From Anaerolineae bacterium (lineage in GTDB: Bacteria; Chloroflexota; Anaerolineae; Aggregatilineales; Phototrophicaceae), in assembly GCA_016788625.1 (NCBI GenBank), contig JAEUQX010000082.1, positions 1 to 60,209 on the forward strand: 60,209 nt of DNA, in the 5' to 3' direction. Under the pieces are notes generated by a model, which did no database searches, was not told where the DNA came from, and saw nothing but the letters and a program-made list of their open reading frames with translations. Below, piece after piece: positions 1-10,195 of this stretch (position 1 is the stretch's first letter; each line of letters starts with the position of its first letter). A program made the position numbers and the translations under genes.

Positions 1-13
1 GAGTTGACCCGAT

Positions 14-39
14 TAGGAGCACACAGACAGTGTCCCTAC
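14..39. repeat. GTAG-type REP-like palindrome (degenerate copy)
   Basis: taggagcacac-agaca-gtgtccctac; ends in the tgtccctac motif shared with copies at 3179 and 43230. Confidence 0.5.
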
Positions 40-64
40 GGAAAACGCATCGCGGATGCGCCGC

Positions 65-460
65 CTAACGCTTGGTGTAGGTCGGGGCCTTGCGCGCGCG
101 CTTGAGACCGGGTTTCTTGCGTTCCTTGGCGCGGGCGTCGCGGGTCATGTAGTCCTTCTCGCGAAGCTGCCCCTTCAGTTCCGGGTCCATCTTGACCAGG
201 GCGCGGGCGATACCCAGCAGGATCGCGTCACGCTGGCCGCTGATGCCGCCGCCGTTGACATGCACGGTGATGTCGAAGCTGCGCACCTGCCCGACATGCG
301 TCAGCGGCTCCAGCAGAATATCGACATCGCCAGGGCGTGGCAGATAATCACTGCCATCCTTGTCGTTGATCAGCAGGCTGCCCGTGCCACCGGGGAACAG
401 GCGCACACGCGCGGTCGCAGCCTTGCGGCGGCCAACGCCTTCGTAATATTGTCCGGCCAT
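65..460 (-). CDS. rpsI: 30S ribosomal protein S9
   Basis: GRRKAATARV, GGGISGQ, ERKKPGLKRARKAPTYTKR; follows rplM. Confidence 0.98.
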   Translation of the reverse strand: MAGQYYEGVGRRKAATARVRLFPGGTGSLLINDKDGSDYLPRPGDVDILLEPLTHVGQVRSFDITVHVNGGGISGQRDAILLGIARALVKMDPELKGQLREKDYMTRDARAKERKKPGLKRARKAPTYTKR

Positions 461-463
461 GCG

Positions 464-907
464 TTACTCCTCAAACTTCAATTCTTTAGGCTTCTGAGCC
501 TCGTGCGGATGCTCGGAGCCGGCGTAAATCTTGAGCTTCTTGAGCATGTTGCGGCCCAGTGCCCCATCCGGCAGCATCCCCTTGACGGCGGCCTGGATGG
601 CGCGGTCGGGGTGTGTCGCCAGTTGGACGCGCAGGGTTGTTTCGCGCAGACCGCCCGGATAGCCCGAAAAATGGTAGTACATCTTTTCGTCGAGCTTCTT
701 GCCTGTCACATCGATCTGCTCGCAGTTGATGACGATCACGAAATCGCCAACGTCCTGGTTGGGCACGTAGATCGGTTTGTGTTTACCGCGCAGGATCGGC
801 GCAATCTGCGAAGCGAGACGCCCCAGATTCTGACCCTTCGCGTCCACTACCCACCACGCGCGTTCTACGTCTTGTAGTTTTGGTACGAACGTCTTCTGTC
901 TTGACAT
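464..907 (-). CDS. rplM: 50S ribosomal protein L13
   Basis: [36 protein letters not shown]; ATG at 907 fits GGAGG spacing (alternative ATG at 910 overlaps the truA stop). Confidence 0.98.
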   Translation of the reverse strand: MSRQKTFVPKLQDVERAWWVVDAKGQNLGRLASQIAPILRGKHKPIYVPNQDVGDFVIVINCEQIDVTGKKLDEKMYYHFSGYPGGLRETTLRVQLATHPDRAIQAAVKGMLPDGALGRNMLKKLKIYAGSEHPHEAQKPKELKFEE

Positions 908-909
908 CA

Positions 910-1716
910 TTATCCTCCAGCGGGCGTCTCTTCACCCGCGTGATCCCAAACGGTGACACTCTCTTGCGGAGAGTCTGGATAGCGCACGGCTTCCAGTGTC
1001 AGCCCATGCGCGGGCGCAGTCGGAGCCGAGTCCGGCAGGCGGGCGCGGCGGAAGTCTGCCTCGAACGCATCGCGGGTGATTTTACCCTGACCGACCCTGA
1101 CCAGCATATATGCAATCCGGCGCACCATATGCTGTAGGAAGGCATCCGCTTCGATGGTGTACGTCCAGAGTGTGCCCGGAGGCTGGGGGTGGGAGGCCCA
1201 CTCGGAGACCATGACAGTGCGGACGGTGTTTTCACCGTGCGGCGGCTTGCCGAAGGCCGCGAAATCGTGCTTGCCCAGGAGCAGCATGGCGGCGTCACGC
1301 ATCGCGTCGCCATCCAACCCGCCCCAGATGTGCCATGCCCGCAGCCGGATGAGCGGCTGGCGGTGAACGGCGTCGATCACCCGATAACGATAGCGCCGGG
1401 CCAGCGCATCGTAGCGTGGGTGGAAACCCGGCTGCTGCCGGATGTCCTGCAAGGCGATGTCTGGCGGCAGCGTGATGTTCAGCGCCCGCAAGAGCGCTTC
1501 ATCACTGTGCGGCCAGGCGACATCGAACGAGATCACCTGCCCGGTGGCGTGTACACCCGCGTCGGTGCGCCCCGCTCCCAGCACCACCGTTCGCTGTTCG
1601 GTGACGGCTTCGATAGCCGCCTCAACCGCGAGCTGGATGGTGGGGATGTCCCTGGCCTGGCGCTGGAAGCCGTGATAGGCTGTCCCATCGTAGGCCAGGG
1701 TTGCCCGGTAGCGCAT
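910..1716 (-). CDS. truA: tRNA pseudouridine(38-40) synthase TruA
   Basis: [23 protein letters not shown] with catalytic Asp, FLQHMVR, TAPAHGL. Confidence 0.97.
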   Translation of the reverse strand: MRYRATLAYDGTAYHGFQRQARDIPTIQLAVEAAIEAVTEQRTVVLGAGRTDAGVHATGQVISFDVAWPHSDEALLRALNITLPPDIALQDIRQQPGFHPRYDALARRYRYRVIDAVHRQPLIRLRAWHIWGGLDGDAMRDAAMLLLGKHDFAAFGKPPHGENTVRTVMVSEWASHPQPPGTLWTYTIEADAFLQHMVRRIAYMLVRVGQGKITRDAFEADFRRARLPDSAPTAPAHGLTLEAVRYPDSPQESVTVWDHAGEETPAGG

Positions 1717-1728
1717 CGTCAGAGCGTC

Positions 1729-2121
1729 TTACGCCTCGGCGCGTTCGGTGAGTTCCAGCAGCACCATTTCGGCGCTGTCGCCCTTGCGCGGCCCCAGCTT
1801 GTAAATGCGGGTATAGCCGCCAACGCGATTCTCGAAACGCGGCGCGATCTCCATGAACAGCTTCTGCACCAGCACACGATCATTGTTGAGGCGGCTGGCG
1901 GCCAGACGCTGCGCGTGGATGACGCGAGCAGGATTATCGGCGAGCTTGCTGCGCTTCGCCAGGGTGATCAGCTTCTCTACATTGGAACGCACAAACTCGG
2001 CCTTGGCGCGGGTCGTCTCGATCCGCCCATGTTCGAGCAGCGCGCGGGTCAACGCCAGCTTGAGCGCTTTACGCTCGGCGGTGTTGCGACCCAGTTTTTT
2101 ACCGTATACGCGGTGACGCAT
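1729..2121 (-). CDS. rplQ: 50S ribosomal protein L17
   Basis: MRHR..KKLGR, IETTRAKA, GGYTRI, RKGDSAEM; follows rpoA. Confidence 0.98.
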   Translation of the reverse strand: MRHRVYGKKLGRNTAERKALKLALTRALLEHGRIETTRAKAEFVRSNVEKLITLAKRSKLADNPARVIHAQRLAASRLNNDRVLVQKLFMEIAPRFENRVGGYTRIYKLGPRKGDSAEMVLLELTERAEA

Positions 2122-2131
2122 CGCTACATCC

Positions 2132-3124
2132 TCAGTCGTTATTACTCGAAAATTCGGGTATATCTACCTGATCGTTCAGATAGCCTTTTTCGCGCAGCTT
2201 CTCCACCAGTTCATCCAGCGACTTTTCGCCGAAATTGCGGATAGCGAGCATGGCGTCCTGACCGCGCGCCAGCATGTCCAGCACATCACCGACAGTGGTG
2301 ATGCCAGTACGCTTGAGCGAATTGAAGACACGCACGCTCAGGTCGAGTTCTTCAATCGGCTTGTCATATAGTTCGGGACGGCGTCCGCTGGTTTCCATCT
2401 GCGGCACATCATCGCGGTCATCCGGGGCGACGAATTCGACGCCGCCAATGACGGTCAGGTGCTTCATCAGGATTTGCGCGGCCTGGCTGAGCGCGTCCTC
2501 CGGGCGGATGGTGCCATCCGTCCAGATTTCGATGATCAGCTTGTCATAGTTGGTGCGCTGACCCACACGCGCGCGTTCAACATCGAAGTTGACACGGCGG
2601 ATCGGGCTGAAAATCGCGTCCACCGGCAGTTCGCCAATCGGCACACGGCCGCTGCGATCTTCGGCAGGGCTGTAGCCGCGCCCGGTCTGCCACTCGAATT
2701 CCAGTTCCAGATGGGCATCCGGAGCATCGACCGTGAACAGATACAGATCGGTGTTCTGAATTTCGACTTCCGGCGGGCAGATGATGTCCGCTGCCGTCAC
2801 CGTGCCTTCGCCACGATGTTCCAGGCGCAGGCGCTGGATGGGGTCACCATCGAACACGCGCAGGCGGATCTGCTTGACCTGCAGGATCAACTGCGTCATG
2901 TCCTCGCGCACGCCGGGGATGGCGGAGAATTCGTGATTCACATCCGAGACGCGCACACTGGTGATGGCCGCGCCGGGAAGTGACGAGAGCAGCACACGCC
3001 GCAGCGCCGTTCCGAGCGTTAGCCCGAAACCGCTTTCCAGCGGGCTGATGATGAAACGACCATAATTCCGCGAGGTAGCGTCGCCTTCAACCTTGTGCGG
3101 CAGAACCATGTTATTTGTGACCAA
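2132..3124 (-). CDS. rpoA: RNA polymerase subunit alpha
   Basis: PLESGFGLTLGTALRRVLLSSLPG, HEFSAIPGVRED, IEELDLSVRVFNSLKR, NFGEKSL; TTG start after AGGAGG. Confidence 0.98.
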   Translation of the reverse strand: MVTNNMVLPHKVEGDATSRNYGRFIISPLESGFGLTLGTALRRVLLSSLPGAAITSVRVSDVNHEFSAIPGVREDMTQLILQVKQIRLRVFDGDPIQRLRLEHRGEGTVTAADIICPPEVEIQNTDLYLFTVDAPDAHLELEFEWQTGRGYSPAEDRSGRVPIGELPVDAIFSPIRRVNFDVERARVGQRTNYDKLIIEIWTDGTIRPEDALSQAAQILMKHLTVIGGVEFVAPDDRDDVPQMETSGRRPELYDKPIEELDLSVRVFNSLKRTGITTVGDVLDMLARGQDAMLAIRNFGEKSLDELVEKLREKGYLNDQVDIPEFSSNND

Positions 3125-3219
3125 CTGCTAATCCTCCTGGTCTGCTGCCAAACGCAAACAACAGCCTGGCAATAACCCTGTCCCTACGAATAAACCCGTA
3201 TTGAAGCAGAGCCAGAACC

Positions 3220-3627
3220 TTAAACGCGGCGGCGCTTGGGCGGACGAACCCCGTTGTGCGGCACAGGCGTAACATCGGTAATCGAGCGCACCTTGAGGCC
3301 GCTGCCCTGAATACGGCGGATGGCGGCTTCGCGACCAGGGCCGGGACCCTTGACGAAGACATCAACTTCGGTCATGCCCTGCGACTGCGCGCCTTCAGAG
3401 GCGGCCTGCGCAGCCATACCGGCGGCATAGGGCGTGCTCTTGCGGCTGCCCTTGAAACCGCTCGTGCCGGCGCTCGCCCAGGCAATCACGTTGCCGAGTT
3501 GGTCGGTCATCGAGATAATGGTGTTGTTGAACGTGGCATGGATGTGCGCCTGGCCGTAAGGGATATTCTTGGTAACCTTCTTGGCCGAGCGGCGACCTGC
3601 CGGTTTTCTGGTGGGTGTTCTTGCCAT
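3220..3627 (-). CDS. rpsK: 30S ribosomal protein S11
   Basis: [39 protein letters not shown]; start trimmed to ATG at 3627. Confidence 0.98.
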   Translation of the reverse strand: MARTPTRKPAGRRSAKKVTKNIPYGQAHIHATFNNTIISMTDQLGNVIAWASAGTSGFKGSRKSTPYAAGMAAQAASEGAQSQGMTEVDVFVKGPGPGREAAIRRIQGSGLKVRSITDVTPVPHNGVRPPKRRRV

Positions 3628-3747
3628 TCGCTGCTCCCTCCCTATGCGGGAAAACGCGCCCGGAGACCCCAAGGCGCATTCAGTGTGTACTTTATATGCT
3701 GCGACAGGCCGAGCAGCATAAGCCACCCAGCCTGATCAAGTGCCAGC

Positions 3748-4134
3748 TTATTTCTTGGTTGCGCCGCGACGACGACCACGCCCTGGGACGGTCTTACGCA
3801 CGCCACGCCGGGTGCGCGCATTCGTCCGGGTACGCTGGCCGCGAACGGGCAGGCTGCGGCGGTGACGCAGACCGCGATAGCAGCCGATTTCCTGAAGGCG
3901 CTTGATGTTCAACTGCACTTCACGGCGCAGATCGCCTTCGGTCGTCAGCTTGCCCACTTCTTCGCGCAGGCGCTGGACTTCCTCTTCGGTCAGATTCTTG
4001 ACGCGTGTATCCGGGCTAACGCCGGTCGCCTCAAGAATTTGACGGCTGGTGGGACGCCCGATGCCGTAAATATACGTCAGGGCAACTTCGATACGTTTGT
4101 CACGGGGCAGGTCAACCCCTTCGATACGCGCCAT
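3748..4134 (-). CDS. rpsM: 30S ribosomal protein S13
   Basis: [42 protein letters not shown]. Confidence 0.98.
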   Translation of the reverse strand: MARIEGVDLPRDKRIEVALTYIYGIGRPTSRQILEATGVSPDTRVKNLTEEEVQRLREEVGKLTTEGDLRREVQLNIKRLQEIGCYRGLRHRRSLPVRGQRTRTNARTRRGVRKTVPGRGRRRGATKK

Positions 4135-4163
4135 GAATATTTCCTTCTAAATGAACTGACCGG

Positions 4164-4277
4164 CTAGCCCTGGCGCTGCTTGTGCTTGGGATTTTCGCAA
4201 ATCACCATCACACGGCCATGACGCTTGATGATGCGGCATTTGGGGCAGCGTGGCTTAATGGATGTCGCTACGCGCAT
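4164..4277 (-). CDS. rpmJ: 50S ribosomal protein L36 (Zn-binding C+ type); not in the ORF track
   Basis: Hand translation [37 protein letters not shown], 37 aa, CxxC..C..H; directly upstream of rpsM. Confidence 0.97.
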   Translation of the reverse strand: MRVATSIKPRCPKCRIIKRHGRVMVICENPKHKQRQG

Positions 4278-4310
4278 GGTAATACCCTCAAGATTTCCTG
4301 AAGAGTCAAG

Positions 4311-4339
4311 ATTTTAGCACAATCCCTATTCCCTGTAAA
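4311..4339 (-). promoter_or_regulatory. sigma70-type promoter for rpmJ-rpsM-rpsK-rpoA
   Basis: Minus strand TTTACA-17 nt-TAAAAT with extended -10 TG, about 34 nt upstream of the rpmJ ATG. Confidence 0.75.
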
Positions 4340-4351
4340 CAGTTAATTTCG

Positions 4352-4406
4352 CCCTCACGGCAGTCAGCACCCCCACGCCCCTTGGAGAGGAGACTGGGGG
4401 GTGAGG
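4352..4406. repeat. CCCTCAC...GGAGAGG...GTGAGG palindromic repeat (family 2)
   Basis: ccctcac...cccttggagagg...ggggggtgagg; resembles copies at 24936, 31761, 41418, 42034, 59331. Confidence 0.5.
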
Positions 4407-4407
4407 T

Positions 4408-5193
4408 TCACGGCAGCGTCAGGATTTGCGGCAGTGTTTCCGTGATGGCAATCGTATGCTCGAAGTGCGCGCACAACGAGCCGTCTTCCGTGACGACCGT
4501 CCAGCCGTCACTGAGTTCGAGTAGTTTGTTGCGCCCAGCGATGACCATCGGCTCGATGGCGTAGGTCATGCCCGCCTTGAGCGCAACGTTCGTCCAGCCC
4601 TGGCGGTTGGCGCGGCGCGGCCACCAGTTCGGCACCTGCGGTTCTTCCCACATGGCGCGCCCGACGCCGTGCCCGGTGTACTCGCGGGCCAGGCTGTAGC
4701 CCTGGCTTTCGATGTAGCGCTGGATGGCGACGGAGACATCGCGCACCGTGTTGGGCAGCACCGAAGCCTCGATGCCCACGTACAGCGCCCGTTCGCAGAC
4801 ATTGAGCAGGCGCTGCACCGCCGGGGAGACCTCCCCTACCGCGTAGCTGTAGGCCGAATCGCCAACATAGCCTTTGTAGAAACAGCCCGTATCCAAGCCA
4901 ATGATGTCACCCTCTTTGAGGATGCGCTTAGGACTGGGGATGCCGTGCACCAGCTCATCGTTGATGCTTGCGGTGATCGTCGCCGGGAACGGCGGCGAGT
5001 CCGGCTTCTGCTGCCCCAGGAAGGCGGGGGTCGCGCCGTGATCACGAATCACCGTCTCGGCGATCTTGTCCAGTTCGGCGGTGCTGATGCCGGGGCGCAG
5101 CGCCTCGCGCATGGCCTGATGCGCGCGGGCGACGATGCGTCCGGCTTCGCGCATGATAGCGATTTCGTCAGGGGTCTTCAGCGTAATGCTCAT
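4408..5193 (-). CDS. map: Methionine aminopeptidase type I
   Basis: VHGIP, LDTG, GDSA, GHGVG, AIEPM, AHFEHT; ATG at 5193 (the track start at 5202 is TTG). Confidence 0.95.
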   Translation of the reverse strand: MSITLKTPDEIAIMREAGRIVARAHQAMREALRPGISTAELDKIAETVIRDHGATPAFLGQQKPDSPPFPATITASINDELVHGIPSPKRILKEGDIIGLDTGCFYKGYVGDSAYSYAVGEVSPAVQRLLNVCERALYVGIEASVLPNTVRDVSVAIQRYIESQGYSLAREYTGHGVGRAMWEEPQVPNWWPRRANRQGWTNVALKAGMTYAIEPMVIAGRNKLLELSDGWTVVTEDGSLCAHFEHTIAITETLPQILTLP

Positions 5194-5205
5194 GGCGGCC
5201 AACCG

Positions 5206-5904
5206 TTAGCCCAGAATCTTGCGAATCGCGGCAGTGACCGCTTCGATGGACTGCGCAGCATCGACACGGCGCAGCAGGTTGCGCTGCTCGTAGTACGGCA
5301 GCAGCGGCGCGGTGTCACGCTGGAAAGCGTCCAGGCGCTTGATGATGGCATCAGCGCTGGCGTCGTCCGCGCGGCGTGCCAGCTTCTCACCCGTCGCCGT
5401 GACAGTCGCTTCCAGGCGCGGCGGGAAAGCCTTGCTCTCGTGATCCACCCAGTTCCAGGTGATGCCTTCGCTGTTGGAGTAGATATTGTAACTGCTGCCA
5501 TCCGCGCCGGTCACGCGCCCGAAGGTGCGGCGGAAAGCGTCGTACAGATCGAGTTCGAGCAGGAGCGCGGCGGCGATCTTCTCGCCCTTCGCGCTCAGGT
5601 ATTTCTCCAGCCACTCGGCCTGTGGAATGGTGCGTGGGAAACCGTCGAACAACGCGCCAGCGTGGGCATCCGGCTGCGCCAGGCGCTCCTCGACCATCTT
5701 GCAGGTTATTTCATCAGAGACCAGCTTGCCCGATGCGAGGATGGCCTGAATTTCCTGGGCGAAGGCGTCGGTGCGGGTTTTCATCGCACGGAACAAGTCG
5801 CCCGTCGAGATGTGCGGGATGTTGCCGTGGTCCTGGCGGATGAAACCCGCCTGTACCCCTTTGCCAGCCCCTTGCGGCCCCATCAGGATCAGGTAAAAAC
5901 CCAT
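5206..5904 (-). CDS. adk: Adenylate kinase with atypical LID
   Basis: GPQGAGKG P-loop, HISTGDLFR, DGFPRT, RADD; between secY and map. Confidence 0.93.
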   Translation of the reverse strand: MGFYLILMGPQGAGKGVQAGFIRQDHGNIPHISTGDLFRAMKTRTDAFAQEIQAILASGKLVSDEITCKMVEERLAQPDAHAGALFDGFPRTIPQAEWLEKYLSAKGEKIAAALLLELDLYDAFRRTFGRVTGADGSSYNIYSNSEGITWNWVDHESKAFPPRLEATVTATGEKLARRADDASADAIIKRLDAFQRDTAPLLPYYEQRNLLRRVDAAQSIEAVTAAIRKILG

Positions 5905-6025
5905 TTTGATACGTGTACTCCCGGTGATGATTTACTGTGCCTTATGGAAAGGCAGCGAGGTAAAAATGGTGTTCCACAATGGGCACAATCAACGATCTAA
6001 TTTTGGGCGATAGCATTTCGTTGTC

Positions 6026-6053
6026 GCAGGGGCGCAATGCGCTGCGCCCCTAC
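6026..6053. repeat. REP-like palindrome
   Basis: gcaggggcgca-atgcgc-tgcgcccctac hairpin just downstream of secY. Confidence 0.65.
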
Positions 6054-6066
6054 AGAACATGACGGG

Positions 6067-7386
6067 TTAACTCATGAACCCTTCGTAGTTACGCATCATG
6101 AGCTGCGCTTCGATCTGCCGCAGCGTGTCGATGACCACGCCAACCACAATGATCAGACCGGAACCGCTGATCACCAGAGCCGCGTTGGTGGCCGCTGCCC
6201 CCGCAACCACTTCCGTCGGGAAGATCAGACGGTTAATCAGGTCAATTATGCCCGGCAGAATAGCGATGCTGCCCAGGAACAGCGCGCCAACGAACGTGAT
6301 GCGCCGCACCACGCGCTGGATGTACTCCTGAGTACGCTTACCCGGTCGGATGCCGGGGATAAAACCGCCGTTACGCTGCAACTGCTCCGAAAGGTTCTGC
6401 TGCGCCACCATGATGTCGGTGTAGATGAAGGTGAAGCCGACCACCATCAGGAAATAGGTCAGCCAGTAGGCCAGGCCTTGCTGGTTGCCGAATGTGCTGG
6501 TGATCTGCTGGCGCACGGGGCCATCCGGGAACAGGTTGACGATGATCGCCGGGAAGGTGATGATCGACTGCGCGAAGATCAGCGGGATCATACCGACCGC
6601 GTTGACCTTGAGCGGGATGATCGAGCTGCCGCCGCCATACTGCTTACGGCCACGCACACGCTTGCCGTACTGCACCGGGATACGCCGCACACCATCGTAG
6701 ATGAAGACGATCACCACGACGCTGATCAGCGTGATCACAATGAACAGGATCAGGTTATAGAGCGGCTGCGTGCTGCTGGTGAGCAGCTGCCCCAGCGCGG
6801 AAGGCGCCTGGGCGACGATGCCCGAAAAGATGATGATCGAAAGACCGTTGCCGATGCCCTGCTCGGTGATCAACTCACCCAACCAGATGGCGAACATCGT
6901 CCCGGCGGTCATCGTGGCGATGACGGCCAGCGTCAACAGTAGATCGGAGCCGAAGCCCGGAATGATCTGCTGCCCGGCCAGCGTGCCGAAGATATTCACC
7001 TGCCCGATGGCCTGCAAAATCGCCATCGGAATCGCCAGGTAGTAGGTGTAGCGCTGGATCTTTTCCTGTCCGCCCGGCTCGCGCTGGATGGCTTCCAGGC
7101 GCGGGATCAGCGGGACGAGCAGTTGGAATATAATCGAGGCGGTGATATAGGGATACACGCCCATCGCCAGCACGCTGAAGTTGCGCACCGCGCCGCCAGA
7201 GAGCAGGTTGAGCGTGCCGATCAGCCCGCCCGCCTGTCCTTCGAGCAGCGCCTCCAGCGCGGAACGGTTCACGCCGATGACGGGGACGTGCGCGCCGAAC
7301 TGGTAAATGACCAGGATCAGGCCCGTGATGAGCAGCTTGTTGCGCACATCCGGCAGCCGCCACGCATTACGAAACGCTTCAAACAT
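6067..7386 (-). CDS. secY: Preprotein translocase SecY
   Basis: FSVLAMGVYPYITASII, GIGNGLSIIIF, RRIPVQY, GGFIPGIRPG; multiple TM segments. Confidence 0.98.
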   Translation of the reverse strand: MFEAFRNAWRLPDVRNKLLITGLILVIYQFGAHVPVIGVNRSALEALLEGQAGGLIGTLNLLSGGAVRNFSVLAMGVYPYITASIIFQLLVPLIPRLEAIQREPGGQEKIQRYTYYLAIPMAILQAIGQVNIFGTLAGQQIIPGFGSDLLLTLAVIATMTAGTMFAIWLGELITEQGIGNGLSIIIFSGIVAQAPSALGQLLTSSTQPLYNLILFIVITLISVVVIVFIYDGVRRIPVQYGKRVRGRKQYGGGSSIIPLKVNAVGMIPLIFAQSIITFPAIIVNLFPDGPVRQQITSTFGNQQGLAYWLTYFLMVVGFTFIYTDIMVAQQNLSEQLQRNGGFIPGIRPGKRTQEYIQRVVRRITFVGALFLGSIAILPGIIDLINRLIFPTEVVAGAAATNAALVISGSGLIIVVGVVIDTLRQIEAQLMMRNYEGFMS

Positions 7387-7413
7387 ACGCTAAAGTCCTT
7401 CCAAAAACCAACT

Positions 7414-7442
7414 CAGGGACACGTTTTGTGGCCGTGTCCCTG
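7414..7442. repeat. REP-like palindrome
   Basis: cagggacacg-ttttgtggc-cgtgtccctg, 10-bp perfect stem between rplO and secY. Confidence 0.65.
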
Positions 7443-7446
7443 TGGG

Positions 7447-7974
7447 TTATTCGTCGCCGTAGATTTTCGCCAGATCAACCTTCCGCAGCTTACGGAAGGT
7501 GCCGCGGATGCCCTTGACCTTCACCTCCAGCGTCTGCGTGCTGCCGCCCGCCGCTGTGATCTTCTCGACCGCGCTCTTGGTGAAGCGGTGAGCGTGAACG
7601 GTGAGCTTCTTCTTGATCGCGTCGCCGTTACCCAGAATGACCACAGCCTTACGCGCATCGTCGATCAGGCCTTTTTCGGCCATCAGCGCCGGGGTGACCA
7701 GCGCGCCATCTTCGACCACATTCACGAGGCGGTCGAGGCGCACTTCCTGATACGGAACGCGGAAGATGTTGTTGAAACCGCGCTTGAAGGGCAGACGGCG
7801 CACCAACGGCAGCTGACCACCTTCAAAGTAGCCGGCGATCTTACCGCTGCCACGTGAGTGCTGACCCTTGATACCGCGACCCGCGTGCGTGCCCTGCCCC
7901 GCGCCATGACCACGCGCCACGCGGCGGCGTTTGCGCTTCGAGCCAGCGGCTGGCTGCAAATCGTGTAGTTTCAT
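7447..7974 (-). CDS. rplO: 50S ribosomal protein L15
   Basis: [30 protein letters not shown]. Confidence 0.97.
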   Translation of the reverse strand: MKLHDLQPAAGSKRKRRRVARGHGAGQGTHAGRGIKGQHSRGSGKIAGYFEGGQLPLVRRLPFKRGFNNIFRVPYQEVRLDRLVNVVEDGALVTPALMAEKGLIDDARKAVVILGNGDAIKKKLTVHAHRFTKSAVEKITAAGGSTQTLEVKVKGIRGTFRKLRKVDLAKIYGDE

Positions 7975-8162
7975 TGTTCCAGTTCCTCCACCTGCACCAG
8001 ATGGCGGACCTTATAGACCATACCGCGCACCTGGGGCGTATCCGCTACGGTGACGGTCTTGTGCAGCTTGCGCAGCCCCAACGAACGCACCGTGTCTTTC
8101 TGCGTCTGGTCGAAGCCAATCGAACTCCGCACCAGGGTGATCTTCAACATCTTCTTCGTCAT
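7971..8162 (-). CDS. rpmD: 50S ribosomal protein L30
   Basis: [29 protein letters not shown]. Confidence 0.97.
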   Translation of the reverse strand: MTKKMLKITLVRSSIGFDQTQKDTVRSLGLRKLHKTVTVADTPQVRGMVYKVRHLVQVEELEQ

Positions 8163-8785
8163 GAGTTCTTCCGCCGTTCCCAGACGGGCAGCAGTTCTTC
8201 CACGTTCTTGCCGCGCATCGCCGCCATTTCCTGCGGGGTGCGGAGCTGCTCAAGCGCGGAGAGCGTCGCCATCGTCACGTTCAGGAGGTTCGGGCTGCCC
8301 TGGCTCTTGCTGAGGATATCGCGCACGCCAGCCGCTTCCAGCACGGCGCGCACACCACCACCCGCGATGACGCCCGTACCGGGAGCCGCCGGGCGCAGCA
8401 TGACCTGAGCGCCGCCGTATTCCGCCACGACCGGATGCGGGATGGTCGTCCCGGCCAGTGAGACGCGCGTCATATTGCGGCGGGCACGGTCTGCACCTTT
8501 GCGGATGCTGTCCGGCACGCCACGCGCCTTGCCGATGCCGATGCCAACGCGACCCTTGTTGTCGCCAACGATCACGACGGTTCGGAAGGCGAAGCGACGA
8601 CCACCCTTGATGACCTTCGCCACGCGCTTAATATCGACGACGCGCTCGTCCAGCTCTTCACGATCATCATCGCGCTCGCGACGCGGTTCACGATCACGCT
8701 TGGGCTTGCCGCTGTCTTCGCCGCCGCCTTCGCCCTTGGCACCACCGCCCCGGCGGCGCTTCTTCGATGTAGTTTCGTCTGCCAT
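8159..8785 (-). CDS. rpsE: 30S ribosomal protein S5
   Basis: [26 protein letters not shown]; low-complexity charged N-terminal extension. Confidence 0.97.
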   Translation of the reverse strand: MADETTSKKRRRGGGAKGEGGGEDSGKPKRDREPRRERDDDREELDERVVDIKRVAKVIKGGRRFAFRTVVIVGDNKGRVGIGIGKARGVPDSIRKGADRARRNMTRVSLAGTTIPHPVVAEYGGAQVMLRPAAPGTGVIAGGGVRAVLEAAGVRDILSKSQGSPNLLNVTMATLSALEQLRTPQEMAAMRGKNVEELLPVWERRKNS

Positions 8786-8798
8786 CGTTCACCAGCCC

Positions 8799-9170
8799 TT
8801 AAAATTCTAGTCCGCCCTCGCGCGCGCCTTCAGCCAACGCGGCGACCCGGCCATGATATTTGTAACCGCCCCGGTCGAAGACGACGGCGCTGATGCCCGC
8901 GTTCTTGGCACGCTGCGCCAGAACATTGCCGACAATCTTGGCGGCCTCGACCTTGTTCTTGCCTTCTAACTGCTTGACGATCTCTTTATCAATCGTCGAG
9001 GCCGAAACCAGCGTGTGCCCGGCATTGTCATCAATCACCTGCGCGTAGATGTTCTCCACGCTGCGGAAGATGTTCAGGCGCGGGCGCTGTGCGGTGCCCT
9101 CCACGCGGGCGCGCACACGGGCGTGACGCCGTTCGCGGGAGGCGGCCTTCTTTTGTGTGAGTGTTGCCAT
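8799..9170 (-). CDS. rplR: 50S ribosomal protein L18
   Basis: [37 protein letters not shown]; ATG at 9170. Confidence 0.97.
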   Translation of the reverse strand: MATLTQKKAASRERRHARVRARVEGTAQRPRLNIFRSVENIYAQVIDDNAGHTLVSASTIDKEIVKQLEGKNKVEAAKIVGNVLAQRAKNAGISAVVFDRGGYKYHGRVAALAEGAREGGLEF

Positions 9171-9225
9171 CTTCGTAACCTCTTGGTCTTCACTGCCCAA
9201 AGCTCATGCCCCGGACAGCAGCCCT

Positions 9226-9771
9226 TTACTTGGTCTTGCCAGCCTTACCAGCCTTGCGGCGGATCACTTCGTCACTGTACCGCACGCCCTTGCCCAGGTA
9301 GGGTTCCGGCGGGCGCAGTCCACGGATGTTGGCCGCCACCTGGCCGACCATCTGCTTATCGATGCCATCAATGTGGATCGTTGTGCCTTTGTCCTCGGCC
9401 GCGAAGCTGATGCCGGGCGGCGGGTTGACGACGATTTCGTGCGAGTAACCCAGCTTCATCACCAGGTCTTTGCCGCGCACGTCGCCATTGTAACCGACGC
9501 CTTCGATCTTCAGGGTGCGGCGGAAGCCGGTTGAGACGCCTGTGACCATGTTGCTCACCAGGGCGCGCGTCAGACCGTGCAGCGCACGCTGCTGACGGTT
9601 GTCGCCCTTGCGTTCGACCAGCAGTGCGCCGTCTTCCTGCTTGACGGACACTTCCGGATGGAGATCGAAGGACAGTTCACCCTTCGGCCCTTTGACCGTC
9701 AGTTTCTGCTCGTCAATCGCCACACTGACTTTGGCGGGCAGAGTGATGGGTTTCTTGCCAATACGCGACAT
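9226..9771 (-). CDS. rplF: 50S ribosomal protein L6
   Basis: MSRIGKKPI, VKGPKGEL, RPPEPYLGKGVRY. Confidence 0.98.
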   Translation of the reverse strand: MSRIGKKPITLPAKVSVAIDEQKLTVKGPKGELSFDLHPEVSVKQEDGALLVERKGDNRQQRALHGLTRALVSNMVTGVSTGFRRTLKIEGVGYNGDVRGKDLVMKLGYSHEIVVNPPPGISFAAEDKGTTIHIDGIDKQMVGQVAANIRGLRPPEPYLGKGVRYSDEVIRRKAGKAGKTK

Positions 9772-9781
9772 GACTGCCCCC

Positions 9782-10186
9782 TTACCAGATATAGCAGAGC
9801 ACTTCGCCGCCGACGCCCTGACGACGCGCCTGCTGCGCGGTCATGACGCCCTTCGGCGTGGTCACGATGGCGATGCCCAACCCACTCATCACGCGCGGCA
9901 GATCGCGCCGCTGGCGGTAGACGCGCCGACCTGGTTTGCTGATGCGCTCCAGATGTGTGATGACCGGGCGGCGGTCGCGCCGTGACCCGTGATACTTGAG
10001 AGTGATGGTAATCATCTTGACGGGCGACTGCTCGCCGATGACATAATCTTCGATAAAGCCTTCATCCTTCAGGATGCGAGCGATTTCGACCTTTAGCTTC
10101 GAATGAGGAACATCGACTGTGGCCCGGTTGACCATCAGGCCGTTCCGAATTCGTGTGAGCATATCCCCAATTGGATCGCTGATCAT
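9782..10186 (-). CDS. rpsH: 30S ribosomal protein S8
   Basis: [31 protein letters not shown]. Confidence 0.98.
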   Translation of the reverse strand: MISDPIGDMLTRIRNGLMVNRATVDVPHSKLKVEIARILKDEGFIEDYVIGEQSPVKMITITLKYHGSRRDRRPVITHLERISKPGRRVYRQRRDLPRVMSGLGIAIVTTPKGVMTAQQARRQGVGGEVLCYIW

Positions 10187-10195
10187 ACGTTACTC

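Noticed and set aside
3628-3747. rpsM-rpsK spacer with hairpin tatgctgc...gcagcata and the track's N-terminal extension of S11
   Set aside because: A single short hairpin is insufficient to call an RNA element; the extension, like those given for S14, L5, L24, L2, S19, S12 and PepF, is an upstream-start artefact.
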